Shown: positions 27,003-37,444, counted from the stretch's first letter. The stretch: 64,000 nucleotides of DNA from Candidatus Roizmanbacteria bacterium RIFCSPLOWO2_01_FULL_37_16 (GCA_001789695.1 MGAI01000035.1:2274-66273); one strand, 5' to 3'. Translations and numbers: made by a program. The notes: generated from the sequence alone by a model not told the origin.

Positions 27003-29150
27003 TTAACTCGTTAACCCTTTTAAATCATTAACCTTATTTCTTATTTTTATAGCCAATTCAAAATTCAGATCGTCAGCCTGTTTTTTCATCTCTTTTTCTA
27101 AGTTTTTAATAACTCTTTTTTTATCATAGGGTGTTAAAGACTCAGGTTTTATTTCCTGTAAAAGTTTTTCACCGTATTGTTTGATTGATTTGTCCAAAAA
27201 AAGGAAGGTTTCTTTTGGGTTGATAATTTTTTCGCGTACAGGTTTATATACAGAGTAGGGTATTATCTTGTGGAGTAAATTATATTCTATTTGATATTTT
27301 CTTCTTCTTTGGATTTCTCTAACCGCCTCTTTAATCGAGCGGGTAATCTGGTCTGCATAGATAATAACTTCTCCTGTTTTATTTCTGGCTGCTCTTCCCA
27401 TAGTTTGAATAAGAGCGGTTTTTGACCTCAAGAAGCCTTCTTTGTCGGCGTCAAAGATGGCAACCAAAGAGACCTCTGGAAGATCTAAGCCTTCACGCAA
27501 TAGATTTACCCCAATTAGTACATCAAACGCATTTTTTCTTAAGTTGTCGAGTATATCAGATCGCTCCAGTGTCTGAATATCCGAGTGTAGATAGGATGCT
27601 CTTATTTTTTTCTCTTTTAAATATTCGCTAAGGTCTTCGGCTATTTTTTTCGTGAGTGTGGTGACAAGGATTTTTTGACCTGTTTTGATACGTTTAGCTG
27701 CCTCAGCTAATAGATCGGTTACTTCTCTTTTTGCAGGTCGGATGAATACTTTAGGGTCAATAATTCCGGTTGGACGAACAAGTTGTTCTGCTATAGCGTT
27801 TTCTTGATTCACAAAAATTTTTTTAAATTTATTAATATTTTTTACATTTGCTAGTTGATTTTTGATATTTGATATTTTTTGTTCCCACTGATTCGGGGTC
27901 GCTGAAACATAAATGATCTGGGGAGGAATTCGATAAAATTCGTCAAACTTAAGCGGTCTATTATCAAAAGCGGCTTTTAATCTAAAGCCAAAGTCAATCA
28001 AAGTCTTTTTTCGTGAATGGTCGCCGTTGTACATACCATGAAGTTGCGGAACGGTCATATGAGATTCATCAATAAAAACTAAAAATTTGTCAGCGTAAGC
28101 TTTTTTAAAATAATCAAGTAGGGTATAGGGGGGTTCCCCAGGTTGCCTGTCATCAAAATAACGCGAATAGTTTTCTATACCATTGACATAGCCAACCTCT
28201 TTAATCATCTCAAGATCGTAGTTTACCCGACGAATGAGTCGTTCAGCTTCTGCAATTTTAGCTTGTGATTTAAGTAAATTTGCTTCTTGTTTAAGATCGT
28301 TTCGTATTTCCTGTTCTGAATCCTTAAAAATAAGAGGGTCGGTAAGGTAATGCTTAGCAGGATAGATAATTATTTTATCGATTTGGGCTGTCTTATCAGC
28401 ATCTTTAACCTCGGGAGTTAAAGATGGTCTTGGGACAGTATCATTTTTATTTTTCAGTAAATTTTTTCCTGTTAATGGTTCAAATTTTGTAATCTTCGAA
28501 ATTAGGTTATCTTTAGAATGGAGCCGATATCCATAATCTTCATAAGCTGGATATATATCCAGGTAATCCCCTCGAATTCTAAAAGTTCCCCTTTTAAATT
28601 CAAATTCTGACCGGTCATATAACAATTCAACCAGACGCTTACTAATTTTATACCAATCTGCTTGATCGCTAATTTTTATTTCAGCTGTGAATTTGCTATA
28701 TTCGACAGATGAACCGATATTATAGATGCAAGATACCGATGCTATGACAATAACGTCATTTCTGGTTAAAATATTGGTCGTAGCCTGAAGTCTAAGTTTA
28801 TCGATAAGTTCGTTAATTTCGGCTTCTTTTTCGATATAGGTATCGGTTTGAGGAATATAGGCTTCTGGTTGATAAAAATCGTAATAAGAGACAAAGTAAG
28901 AGACTGCATTTTGGGGGAAAAAGTCTCGCATTTCCTGATATAGTTGGCCTGCCAAAGTTTTATTATGTGAAATAACTAGAGCCGGTCGATTAAGTTTTTC
29001 AATAATATTTGCCATCGTAAAGGTTTTCCCCGATCCCGTTACTCCAAGTAATACCTGGTTTTTTAGACCTAATTTGATGCCTTGGCTTAACTTTTCTATG
29101 GCTTGCGGTTGGTCACCGGTGGGTTTAAAGGTTGAGGTAAGTTTAAACAT
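27003..29150 (-). CDS. uvrB: Excinuclease ABC subunit B
   Basis: FKPTGDQPQAI, Walker A GVTGSGKT, DESH box, and a C-terminal UVR domain (ELAIKIRNKVNDL). Confidence 0.95.
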   Translation of the reverse strand: MFKLTSTFKPTGDQPQAIEKLSQGIKLGLKNQVLLGVTGSGKTFTMANIIEKLNRPALVISHNKTLAGQLYQEMRDFFPQNAVSYFVSYYDFYQPEAYIPQTDTYIEKEAEINELIDKLRLQATTNILTRNDVIVIASVSCIYNIGSSVEYSKFTAEIKISDQADWYKISKRLVELLYDRSEFEFKRGTFRIRGDYLDIYPAYEDYGYRLHSKDNLISKITKFEPLTGKNLLKNKNDTVPRPSLTPEVKDADKTAQIDKIIIYPAKHYLTDPLIFKDSEQEIRNDLKQEANLLKSQAKIAEAERLIRRVNYDLEMIKEVGYVNGIENYSRYFDDRQPGEPPYTLLDYFKKAYADKFLVFIDESHMTVPQLHGMYNGDHSRKKTLIDFGFRLKAAFDNRPLKFDEFYRIPPQIIYVSATPNQWEQKISNIKNQLANVKNINKFKKIFVNQENAIAEQLVRPTGIIDPKVFIRPAKREVTDLLAEAAKRIKTGQKILVTTLTKKIAEDLSEYLKEKKIRASYLHSDIQTLERSDILDNLRKNAFDVLIGVNLLREGLDLPEVSLVAIFDADKEGFLRSKTALIQTMGRAARNKTGEVIIYADQITRSIKEAVREIQRRRKYQIEYNLLHKIIPYSVYKPVREKIINPKETFLFLDKSIKQYGEKLLQEIKPESLTPYDKKRVIKNLEKEMKKQADDLNFELAIKIRNKVNDLKGLTS

Positions 29151-29312
29151 AATAATCTGTGAACAATTTATTTAAATTCGCAGCTTTAAGTTAAATATGA
29201 TTCTAGAAATTTATCTTGGGGATAAATTATAGTCAACCAATCATTTTAGCAGGTTTTGCAATAAAAATCGAGGGTTAAAAGTTGTATTTAAAGAGTACAA
29301 GAAGGGATCAAA

Positions 29313-29355
29313 TCGAAAAAAGTAACCTATACGATACGGCCGTGGTCGGATAGGT
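29313..29355 (-). terminator. Rho-independent terminator candidate after dedA
   Basis: Hairpin ACCTAT..CGGCCG..ATAGGT (29325-29355). On the minus strand it is followed by TTACTTTTTTCG. Confidence 0.5.
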
Positions 29356-29370
29356 AACTGAGGCATTGAC

Positions 29371-30006
29371 TCACTTGGGCTTAAATGGCTTAAAAAGAAT
29401 AGCCAGGAGTTGTTTGCGGTGGTTGGGATCTTTGAGGATATGAAAAGCTGTTGGAGCGATAGAGACGATGATTATCGCTGCAATAATTGGTAATAAATAT
29501 TTATCAACATCGGGTACTAGATTACCAAGAAAATAACCGGCAATTGTGATGCCTATTCCCCAAAGTAAACCACCAATAATATTATAGGCGAGAAAAGATT
29601 TATATTCCATATTCCCCACTCCGGCTACAATCGGAGCAAAAGTTCGAATCATTGGCATAAACCTGGCTATGACTATAGTTTTTTTTCCGTGCTTTTCATA
29701 AAACCTTTCTGCTTTGATGAGATTATCTCGATGAAAAAGCAGAGAATCCTTTTTATGGAATAATCTTCTACCTACTTTATGTCCAAAGGCATAACCAATA
29801 CTGTCTCCTAAGACTGCTCCTGTAAAACAAAGAAAGGCTAGGATTCTTATATCAAAAACTCCTTGCGAAGCCAGAAATCCAGCTGTAAACAAAAGACTGT
29901 CACCAGGGAGAAAAAAACCAACCAGTAGTCCTGATTCTGCAAAGACAATAGCAAAAATTCCGAAATAACCGATGGTTGGGAGAATTTTTATTAAATCAAA
30001 ACTCAT
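29371..30006 (-). CDS. DedA/SNARE-associated family membrane protein
   Basis: The signature FAESGLLVGFFLPGDSLLFTAG and the overall TM layout. Confidence 0.85.
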   Translation of the reverse strand: MSFDLIKILPTIGYFGIFAIVFAESGLLVGFFLPGDSLLFTAGFLASQGVFDIRILAFLCFTGAVLGDSIGYAFGHKVGRRLFHKKDSLLFHRDNLIKAERFYEKHGKKTIVIARFMPMIRTFAPIVAGVGNMEYKSFLAYNIIGGLLWGIGITIAGYFLGNLVPDVDKYLLPIIAAIIIVSIAPTAFHILKDPNHRKQLLAILFKPFKPK

Positions 30007-30200
30007 ATGAAGACTAGATTATAATGAAATTTGTTATTATTATCTATAATATTAACATTGAAGTCGAGCTAGAATCTGTTAAAATATTTTCTAGGCTATG
30101 GCTGGCCCCATTGTCGAGTCAAACTCGACTGATGGTCTACAAGCGATTTTTAAAAATTGGATAAAGTTAGAGATTAATCTTGAAAAGCCAAGTCTGACTT

Positions 30201-30273
30201 GGCCCCATCGTCTAGCGGCCTAGGACGTTAGGTTTTCAGCCTAACTACAGCGGTTCGAATCCGCTTGGGGTCA
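30201..30273 (+). tRNA. tRNA-Glu(UUC)
   Basis: Acceptor GGCCCCA/TGGGGTC, anticodon arm TTAGG-TTTTCAG-CCTAA, T arm AGCGG-TTCGAAT-CCGCT. Confidence 0.85.
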
Positions 30274-30288
30274 CACTGCTAAACCTAT

Positions 30289-30978
30289 TTACTTAAATTT
30301 ATTTTTTAATTCCTCCAGAATTCCTTTAGCTATGTCTTTCCCACCTAAGCCGAAGGCTAATCCACCAGCTAAGGAGATCATTATTACGATTCCGGTAAAA
30401 AGTATCCTGACCAAATCTTGAGCTACGCCAAGCTGATTCAGAATAATTAAGATCGTGAAAAAAATTATTATCCATTTGGCAAAAGTAGACAGAGTATTTG
30501 CAGATGTAGCTCCTACTGTTTTTACGCTATGTTTTACCAGATCGTAGCCCAGATTTGCAGAAATTATACCGACAAAGGCAATAATTACAGCAATAATTAC
30601 ATTTGGCAAATATAGAAGAAACTGGTTAATCACCGTACTAGCTTTAGATAAATTCCATATCTCAAGTGTCGGGATAAGAAAGAGTATCACTACAGTCCAG
30701 CGTAAAATCTCAGCTAGCACTTCTTCCCAAATTTTAACTTCTTGTTTGGACAAGAGGTTGGTTTTTTGTAAAATTTCACCCAGTCTGGCAAAGGAAAAAA
30801 TTGTAGATAAAAGCCTTCTAAGAAGACCTGCCAAAATTATTCCTATTATTAAAATAAATAGACCTCCAAAAAATTCAGGTAGAAAGCTAGTAAACCTATC
30901 CCAGAATTTAAAAAGAACTTCGTTGACTATCTCGATCATATTAAATTTCACCTCCGTTTCGTTTTGGGACAAAACCAA
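30289..30978 (-). CDS. Multi-pass membrane protein, function unknown
   Basis: Repeated TM helices with basic linkers. The true start may be the internal Met (MIEIVNEV, about 30939). Confidence 0.45.
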   Translation of the reverse strand: MVLSQNETEVKFNMIEIVNEVLFKFWDRFTSFLPEFFGGLFILIIGIILAGLLRRLLSTIFSFARLGEILQKTNLLSKQEVKIWEEVLAEILRWTVVILFLIPTLEIWNLSKASTVINQFLLYLPNVIIAVIIAFVGIISANLGYDLVKHSVKTVGATSANTLSTFAKWIIIFFTILIILNQLGVAQDLVRILFTGIVIMISLAGGLAFGLGGKDIAKGILEELKNKFK

Positions 30979-31001
30979 GTTTAGACTTGATTTTTTGCCG
31001 A

Positions 31002-31367
31002 TTAATTATCTATATTCTCAAAATAGTCTAATTTTTTAACACTCGAGTCCTCATTTAAGATTATTGATATCAAATCTAAGGAAAGTTTATAGCCATTTAA
31101 TCTATTTTGCAATATATAATAATTTACGGCTCTTTTTAAACCACGAAGTTTATAAAAATTAATTGCTTCATAGGGTTTGCCTTTTTTATCACTAATTCTG
31201 GTTTTTACTTCAATGAAAAAAACTTTGTTATCTTTTTTAGCAATAATATCGATTTCACCCCAGTGCGAGTGAAAATTCTTTTCCAGTATTGAGAATCTCG
31301 CTTTTTTTAAATATTGCAATGCCAAGTTTTCCCCCAGTTTACCAATATCTTTGCTTTTAAACATCAT
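31002..31367 (-). CDS. yraN: YraN-family (UPF0102) endonuclease-like protein
   Basis: GENLALQYLKKARFSILEKNF...GEIDIIAKKDNKVFFIEVKTR matches the YraN pattern. Confidence 0.8.
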   Translation of the reverse strand: MMFKSKDIGKLGENLALQYLKKARFSILEKNFHSHWGEIDIIAKKDNKVFFIEVKTRISDKKGKPYEAINFYKLRGLKRAVNYYILQNRLNGYKLSLDLISIILNEDSSVKKLDYFENIDN

Positions 31368-31402
31368 TATTTTTGCTGTGTGATTAATTTAATCTATTTG
31401 AG

Positions 31403-31738
31403 TTACTTTTTGGTTCGATAGAGTTTATGACGGAGTTCCTGTTGGGATAGTCCTCTTATAAAGTTGGCTTTGGCTTTAGTGTAAGATGATTTTTTAACAA
31501 GTTTGATATCGTCGAGAAATGGTGAGGCTAAAGGAATAATTCTTTCTACACCGATACCAGAGTTAGATACTTTTCTAAGAGTAAACATTTTAGTATAGGG
31601 GGTGCTACCTTTAATTTTCATTAGAATTCCTTTAAAGATTTGTTTATGTTCTTTTTGTCCCTCTTTAAATTTGTAGGTCACATTGACTGTACTTCCTATG
31701 GAAAAAGATTTATTTTTATAAATAAATGAGTTAGCCAT
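31403..31738 (-). CDS. rplS: 50S ribosomal protein L19
   Basis: Typical L19 core (FTLRKVSNSGIGVERIIPLASPFLDDIKLV). Confidence 0.9.
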   Translation of the reverse strand: MANSFIYKNKSFSIGSTVNVTYKFKEGQKEHKQIFKGILMKIKGSTPYTKMFTLRKVSNSGIGVERIIPLASPFLDDIKLVKKSSYTKAKANFIRGLSQQELRHKLYRTKK

Positions 31739-31842
31739 AAATTATGATTTCAATCTACAAATAATACCAATTGAAAAACAAATCTGATTTACAAAGCACC
31801 CATTAGTAGATTCCTATTATATTTTAGCAGCTTAATTTTTAA

Positions 31843-31871
31843 TTGACAACATGAAACTCATCGATTAAACT
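31843..31871 (+). promoter_or_regulatory. Candidate sigma70-type promoter for pyrG
   Basis: TTGACA (31843-31848), 17-nt spacer, TAAACT (31866-31871), 9 nt upstream of the GTG start. The AT-rich context makes chance matches likely. Confidence 0.3.
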
Positions 31872-31879
31872 TAAAAGGC

Positions 31880-33547
31880 GTGAGAACAAAGTACGTATTT
31901 ATTTCAGGTGGTGTAATTTCAGGTATTGGGAAAGGGACAATCGCCTCTTCAATAGCATTTCTTCTTCAGCGTATCGGCTTTAAAGTAACTCCGGTTAAAT
32001 GCGAGAACTATCTGAATATTGATGCAGGAACTATAAATCCGATTGAACATGGAGATCCTTTCTTATGTGAAGACGGTACAGAGGCAGATATGGACCTTGG
32101 TTCTTACGAAAAATTTCTTGATATTGAGGTGGGAAAAACTAATTTTATTACTATGGGCCAAATATATCAAACGGTTATTCAAAAAGAACGCAGATTTGAA
32201 TATAACGGTGAAGACGTCGAAGCCATTCCTCATATCACAGATGAGATTCAAAGGAGAATTATTGAAGCGGGCAAAAAGGCCAGCTCAGAGATAGTAGTAG
32301 TCGAATTAGGAGGTACTACTGGCGAATATCAAAATATCTTTTACTATGAAGCTTCTCGGATTTTATCTTTTAAAAATCCAGGTGACGTAATTCATATTCA
32401 TGTAGGTTATATGCCAACTCCTTCACATCTTGGTGAACCAAAAACTAAACCAACGCAACTTTCGGTGAGAACTTTAAACAGTCTGGGCATTCATCCTGAT
32501 TTTATCATCACGCGATCAGAAAAACTTATGGATGAGCGAAGGAAGAATCGGTTTGCACTTTTTTGTAACGTCCACCCAGAAGATATATTTTCTGCTCCCG
32601 ATACCAAAATAATCTATGAGATTCCCATATTCTTAAAAAATCAGGGTTTGCTTGACAGATTATTAGAGAAATTCCACTTAAAGAAAATAAAAAAAGATTT
32701 TCGCGCTTGGGAATCTTTTGTTAATCGAGTGAAATCGATTGAAAGATCGAACAAAGAAGTAATTATTGCCATAGTTGGAAAATATTTTACTACCGGGCAA
32801 TATCAGCTTAGAGACTCGTATGCTGCCCTGTTTGATGCTTTACAGCACGCTGCTTGGCATCATGGTGTCAAAGTTAAAACGCTTTGGATTGATGCAGAAA
32901 AAGTCGAAAAACAGGGAATTGAAATTTTAAAAAGTAATTGCGCTGGATTAATTGTACCAATTGGCTGGGGCCCAAGGGGTGCCGAAGGAATGATTACTGC
33001 TTCGGGATATGCCAGAGATAAGAAGATTCCGTATCTGGGACTTTGCTATGGAATGCAGTTAGCATCGGTTTCCTTTGGGCGAAATATAGTTGGGTTGAAA
33101 GACGCTAATTCAACCGAAGTAAATCCCAAAACTAAAAATCCTATCATCCACCTAAATCCTATGCAAAAAGAAAATGTTAAAAGAAGAGCTTACGGCGGAA
33201 CAATGAGACTAGGTGCCTGGAATGCGATTGTTAGAAAAGGAACAATTGCCTGGAAAGCTTATAAGAAATATAACGGTTTTCTTAACAAACAAACCGGACT
33301 GACCAGTGAACGGCATAGACATAGATACGAATTTAATAATAGATATATTCGAGAATTTGAAAAAAAAGGAATGATCTTTTCCACTCGATCAACCGTAGAA
33401 AATTTGGTTGAGATTGTTGAACTTCCAGAAAATATTCATCCGTTTTACCTTGGAACGCAAGGACACCCAGAATATAAGTCAAGACCTTTAAGACCACATC
33501 CGATATTTTTAGAGTTTATTGAAGCTTGTATCAATAATAGAAAGTAG
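31880..33547 (+). CDS. pyrG: CTP synthase
   Basis: KYVFISGGVISGIGKG N-terminus and the glutamine amidotransferase domain (GLCYGMQ, HRHRYE). GTG start. Confidence 0.95.
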   Translation: MRTKYVFISGGVISGIGKGTIASSIAFLLQRIGFKVTPVKCENYLNIDAGTINPIEHGDPFLCEDGTEADMDLGSYEKFLDIEVGKTNFITMGQIYQTVIQKERRFEYNGEDVEAIPHITDEIQRRIIEAGKKASSEIVVVELGGTTGEYQNIFYYEASRILSFKNPGDVIHIHVGYMPTPSHLGEPKTKPTQLSVRTLNSLGIHPDFIITRSEKLMDERRKNRFALFCNVHPEDIFSAPDTKIIYEIPIFLKNQGLLDRLLEKFHLKKIKKDFRAWESFVNRVKSIERSNKEVIIAIVGKYFTTGQYQLRDSYAALFDALQHAAWHHGVKVKTLWIDAEKVEKQGIEILKSNCAGLIVPIGWGPRGAEGMITASGYARDKKIPYLGLCYGMQLASVSFGRNIVGLKDANSTEVNPKTKNPIIHLNPMQKENVKRRAYGGTMRLGAWNAIVRKGTIAWKAYKKYNGFLNKQTGLTSERHRHRYEFNNRYIREFEKKGMIFSTRSTVENLVEIVELPENIHPFYLGTQGHPEYKSRPLRPHPIFLEFIEACINNRK

Positions 33548-33588
33548 GTAGTAGGTAGTAGCTCGCAGTTAAGGAATAAAGCATGTAT

Positions 33589-34860
33589 CTACTTTTTAAG
33601 TTCTTCCCTCTCAATCTGCCACAGCCTGTTATATTTAGCCAAGCGTTCACCTCTTGCCGAGGCTCCAAATTTAACAAAATCAGATTGTACTGCTACAGCA
33701 AAATCCGCGATAAAACTGTCATTGGTTTCGCCGGACCTATGAGAAACAATATAATTGAAGTTATTTTTTCTTGCTAAATCAATCACTTCAAGCGTTTCTG
33801 TAATTGTACCGATCTGATTTGGTTTAATTAGGACGGTGGTGCAGGTTTTTTCACGTATCGCTTTCTCTAATCTTTCTTTGTTGGTGGTTAAAAGGTCATC
33901 GCCCACCAGGTAAACGTTTTTGGGAATTTTTTGATTTAATTTAGCCCAGCTTTGCCAGTCGTCTTCATAGAGAGGATCCTCTAAAACTAAAATAGGATAA
34001 CTTGTTATCAGTTTTAAGATAAAGTCAAAGTATTCGTCTGAGTTGAGTGGATGTGGTTTATCCTTGATCTGATATTTGCCATCATGATAAAAATGAGATG
34101 CGGCAACATCTAGTCCTAGAAAAACATCTAGACCTATTTTTAAATTCTTTTGTGCAATTGTTTCGATTAGGATTTCAACCGCATCAAGATTGGTAGGGAA
34201 ATCAGGGGCAAATCCCCCTTCTTCGCCAACAGTAATATTGGCATTTCTGTAAGCCAGGACACGTTGAAGCTCATGATATATTTCAACGCCGATTCTATAA
34301 GCATCGGTGAAAGAATAGGAAGAAGAAGGAATTACTTGAAATTCTTGAATTTCTAAGTTGTTATTGGCGTGTTTGCCGCCATTGATGATATTAAAAATCG
34401 GAGCAGGCAACTTTTCAATTGTGATAGCGGATTTGAATAAAGACTGATATAAGCTGTTGATATAACGAAATAATTCTACTTTAAGATCTAAAGCCGCCGC
34501 TTTAACCATCAGTTGGGAAATAGTAAGAATTGTGTTACCGCCGAGTTTGCTTTTGTTTTTTGTTCCGTCGGCTTTAATAAGCCACATATCAATTTCTTGT
34601 TGTTTAAGCGGTGAAACGCCGATGAGTTTTGGTCCGATAAGATCATTGATATACGATACGGCTTTAGTAACTCCCATAGCATCAAATCGCATTTTATCGT
34701 TATCTCTTAACTCATGGGCTTCACTTTTGCCAATTGAAGTACCAGCCGGAATAGAGGTGGTAACATCAAGGCCATTATCTAAAATAAGTCTGCCTTCGAT
34801 AGTAGGATAACCTCGCGAATCAATTATTTCGTAGGCGTAAATGCGCTTGATCTTAGTCAT
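33589..34860 (-). CDS. eno: Enolase
   Basis: IIDSRGYPT, SHRSGET and IKPNQIGT motifs. Confidence 0.95.
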   Translation of the reverse strand: MTKIKRIYAYEIIDSRGYPTIEGRLILDNGLDVTTSIPAGTSIGKSEAHELRDNDKMRFDAMGVTKAVSYINDLIGPKLIGVSPLKQQEIDMWLIKADGTKNKSKLGGNTILTISQLMVKAAALDLKVELFRYINSLYQSLFKSAITIEKLPAPIFNIINGGKHANNNLEIQEFQVIPSSSYSFTDAYRIGVEIYHELQRVLAYRNANITVGEEGGFAPDFPTNLDAVEILIETIAQKNLKIGLDVFLGLDVAASHFYHDGKYQIKDKPHPLNSDEYFDFILKLITSYPILVLEDPLYEDDWQSWAKLNQKIPKNVYLVGDDLLTTNKERLEKAIREKTCTTVLIKPNQIGTITETLEVIDLARKNNFNYIVSHRSGETNDSFIADFAVAVQSDFVKFGASARGERLAKYNRLWQIEREELKK

Positions 34861-34899
34861 TTTTTAGTCTTAATTAGTTTTAGATTGTATTTACTATTT

Positions 34900-37266
34900 T
34901 CAACGATTTGTGACAAACATCTTTTTCTCAATATTATGTATCAATTCTCGAGTTCTATAAATAGCATCGGGATTGACTGATACACTAGTTATTCCTGCCT
35001 TTACTAGTTCCGAAACCAACTCAGGATAATCAGAAGCGGCCTGTCCACAGATTGAAGAGGTAATCCCATGTTGGCTCGCGGTTGAGACAACTTCTTTTAG
35101 CACTTCGACTACAATCGGATGCCTTTCATCGTAAATTTGTGCTACTTCTTCATTATCCCTATCTACACCTAAAAGCATCATGGTTAAATCGTTAGTGCCT
35201 ATTGAAATACCATCTATTCCGATTTTAATAAATTCTTCTAAATTTAAAGCACAGGAGGGAACCTCAACCATAATCAAGAGTTCAAACGCTGGGAAATCAG
35301 TCAGACCGGAATTTTTAATCAATTCTTTTATTTTGATTAATTCCCAGGGCACTCTTAAAAAAGGAATCATCAGATGGAGATTCCGATAGCCTAATAGGTA
35401 AACCTTTTTTATTGCCTCAAGTTCAAGCTGAAAAACATCAGGATTAGCAATATAGCGATAAGCTCCTCTAAATCCTAACATTGGGTTCTCTTCGCGAGGC
35501 TCATAGGTTGCACCTCCTTTTAGATTTCGATATTCATTGGTTTTAAAATCGGTTGCTCTATAAGTTACGAGTCTTGGAGAAAATGCCTTGACAAAGGTTA
35601 TGAGATCTTTAGCTAATCGATTAATAAATAGATGTTGTTTCTTTTGGCGGATAAATTCCTTAGGGTGCATGCCAATTTGAGCGATCATAAATTCTGCTCT
35701 TAAAAGTCCCACACCATCAACATTCAATTTCGCAATTTTAGTAGCTTGATCAGGCTCTGCCAGGTTAACATAAACACGAGTTTTAGTTTTCAGTACACGA
35801 TTGTCATTAATCAGTTTATTTTTTGACTGACTACCAACTAGCGAAGAGTGAGAACTGATTTTGCCTTTAAAGATTTCACCGGTGGCACCGTTTACACTTA
35901 TAATCATTCCATCTTTGAAAATTTTGGTAGCTTTTTCCGTGCCAACGACTGCTGGTACTCCAAGTTCCCTAGAAACTATAGCTGCGTGGGAAGTGCGGCC
36001 GCCTTTATCGGTTACAATAGCTGCAGCTTTTTTCATGGCCGGAACATAATCTGGATTTGTTTGGGGTGCAACCAGCACGTCACCATGATGAATTCTATCG
36101 ATTTCCTTAGGTGAAAAGATAATATTTACTGGCCCAATACCAATACCTGGAGAAGCAGGACTTCCAGTTAGAATCGGTTGTCGGTTTTCAGCAGTCTGTC
36201 CTCGGTTATCAGATATCAGTTTTTCGCTTTTTGACTGATTACTAATTGTAGTAATAGGTCTAGATTGAACAATATAGACACGATCATCCTCAATGGCCCA
36301 CTCAATATCTTGAGGAAAAAAATAATGGTTTTCAATATCTTTAACAAGCAAAGCAATTTTTATAATTTCTTCATCATTAACTTTTTGTTTGGATCCAATA
36401 GACTTACTAAGATGAAACTCTTTATTACTGCCTCCAGATTTTTTAAGTTCTATTCTTTGTTCTTTGATTTCTTTTTTTAAAATAATAAAGGATCTTTTTT
36501 CTACTTCATAGTGGTCGGGTGTAACTTTACCACCTACAATATATTCTCCTAAACCGTAAATTGCCTCAATAATTATTTTTTCTTTATTGTTAGATACTGG
36601 ATCGATACTAAAAGCTATTCCAGATCTTTGAGATTGCACCATACGTTGGACAACAACAGCTAAACCAACTTTCTTATCACTAAATCCTTGTTGGAATCGG
36701 TAATATATCGCTCGGGGAGTATATAGAGACGCCCAACAATCTTTGACTTTGTTTAATAAACGAGTATCTCCTTGAACATTTAAGTAGGTTTCTTGTTGTC
36801 CTGCAAATGAAGCAGTAGGAAGATCTTCTGCTGTTGCTGAAGATCTGACAGCTACAACAGGCTCCCGATATAATTGCTTTACAGTTAGGATACTTTCCTT
36901 CAGAGTAGAGTTTACTTTAAAATATTTTTGTTCTCGAATGTTTAGATGCTCATAATAATTGATAATGTTATGAACAAGGGTATTTGGAATTTCTGCCTTC
37001 AAAACAAGTTCTTTGATATGGGTTGATGCCTGTTGAAGCTCGCTTGGATTATCAAAGTTTATCAGGGAGAGAACATCTTTAATTTTTTTTTCAAGTTTGG
37101 ATTGGGTTATGAAGTCAAAATAGGCAGTTGAAGTCACTATGAATCCGTAGGGAATGGGAAGTTTTGCATTAGTCATTTCACCGAGGTTTGCACCTTTTCC
37201 GCCAACCAAACCAATATCACCTTTTCCTACTTCATCAAACCAGACAATAGCCTTTTTTTTATTCAT
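34900..37266 (-). CDS. ppsA: Phosphoenolpyruvate synthase (pyruvate, water dikinase)
   Basis: N-terminal ATP-grasp (GGKGANLGEM), phospho-His domain (GGRTSHAAIVSRELGVPAVVG) and a C-terminal PEP-utilising TIM barrel. 788 aa. Confidence 0.85.
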   Translation of the reverse strand: MNKKKAIVWFDEVGKGDIGLVGGKGANLGEMTNAKLPIPYGFIVTSTAYFDFITQSKLEKKIKDVLSLINFDNPSELQQASTHIKELVLKAEIPNTLVHNIINYYEHLNIREQKYFKVNSTLKESILTVKQLYREPVVAVRSSATAEDLPTASFAGQQETYLNVQGDTRLLNKVKDCWASLYTPRAIYYRFQQGFSDKKVGLAVVVQRMVQSQRSGIAFSIDPVSNNKEKIIIEAIYGLGEYIVGGKVTPDHYEVEKRSFIILKKEIKEQRIELKKSGGSNKEFHLSKSIGSKQKVNDEEIIKIALLVKDIENHYFFPQDIEWAIEDDRVYIVQSRPITTISNQSKSEKLISDNRGQTAENRQPILTGSPASPGIGIGPVNIIFSPKEIDRIHHGDVLVAPQTNPDYVPAMKKAAAIVTDKGGRTSHAAIVSRELGVPAVVGTEKATKIFKDGMIISVNGATGEIFKGKISSHSSLVGSQSKNKLINDNRVLKTKTRVYVNLAEPDQATKIAKLNVDGVGLLRAEFMIAQIGMHPKEFIRQKKQHLFINRLAKDLITFVKAFSPRLVTYRATDFKTNEYRNLKGGATYEPREENPMLGFRGAYRYIANPDVFQLELEAIKKVYLLGYRNLHLMIPFLRVPWELIKIKELIKNSGLTDFPAFELLIMVEVPSCALNLEEFIKIGIDGISIGTNDLTMMLLGVDRDNEEVAQIYDERHPIVVEVLKEVVSTASQHGITSSICGQAASDYPELVSELVKAGITSVSVNPDAIYRTRELIHNIEKKMFVTNR

Positions 37267-37444
37267 ATAAATAACTATACAGTAAAAAAATGTAGAAATT
37301 CAACAATGACTAAAAGAAATAAGGGAGAAAAAATTTACTTTAAAACGAATTTTTTGCTATCAGCCGAAATTATTTAAATAGCAAGCTATAAATAATAAGC
37401 TGATATTTACTTTATCGATATATTAATTTTAGAGTGAATAACTA

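Noticed and set aside
30098-30232. A 44-codon ORF (MAGPIVESNSTDGLQAIFKNW...) upstream of and into tRNA-Glu.
   Set aside because: It runs into the tRNA gene and has no SD or recognisable domain. It is probably a by-product of the tRNA-like duplicated sequence.
33583-33777. ORF 33583-33777(+), plus 32043-32294(+) and 32063-32251(-) inside pyrG.
   Set aside because: The first overlaps the 3' end of enolase on the opposite strand. The others are nested in CTP synthase. All are shadow ORFs.
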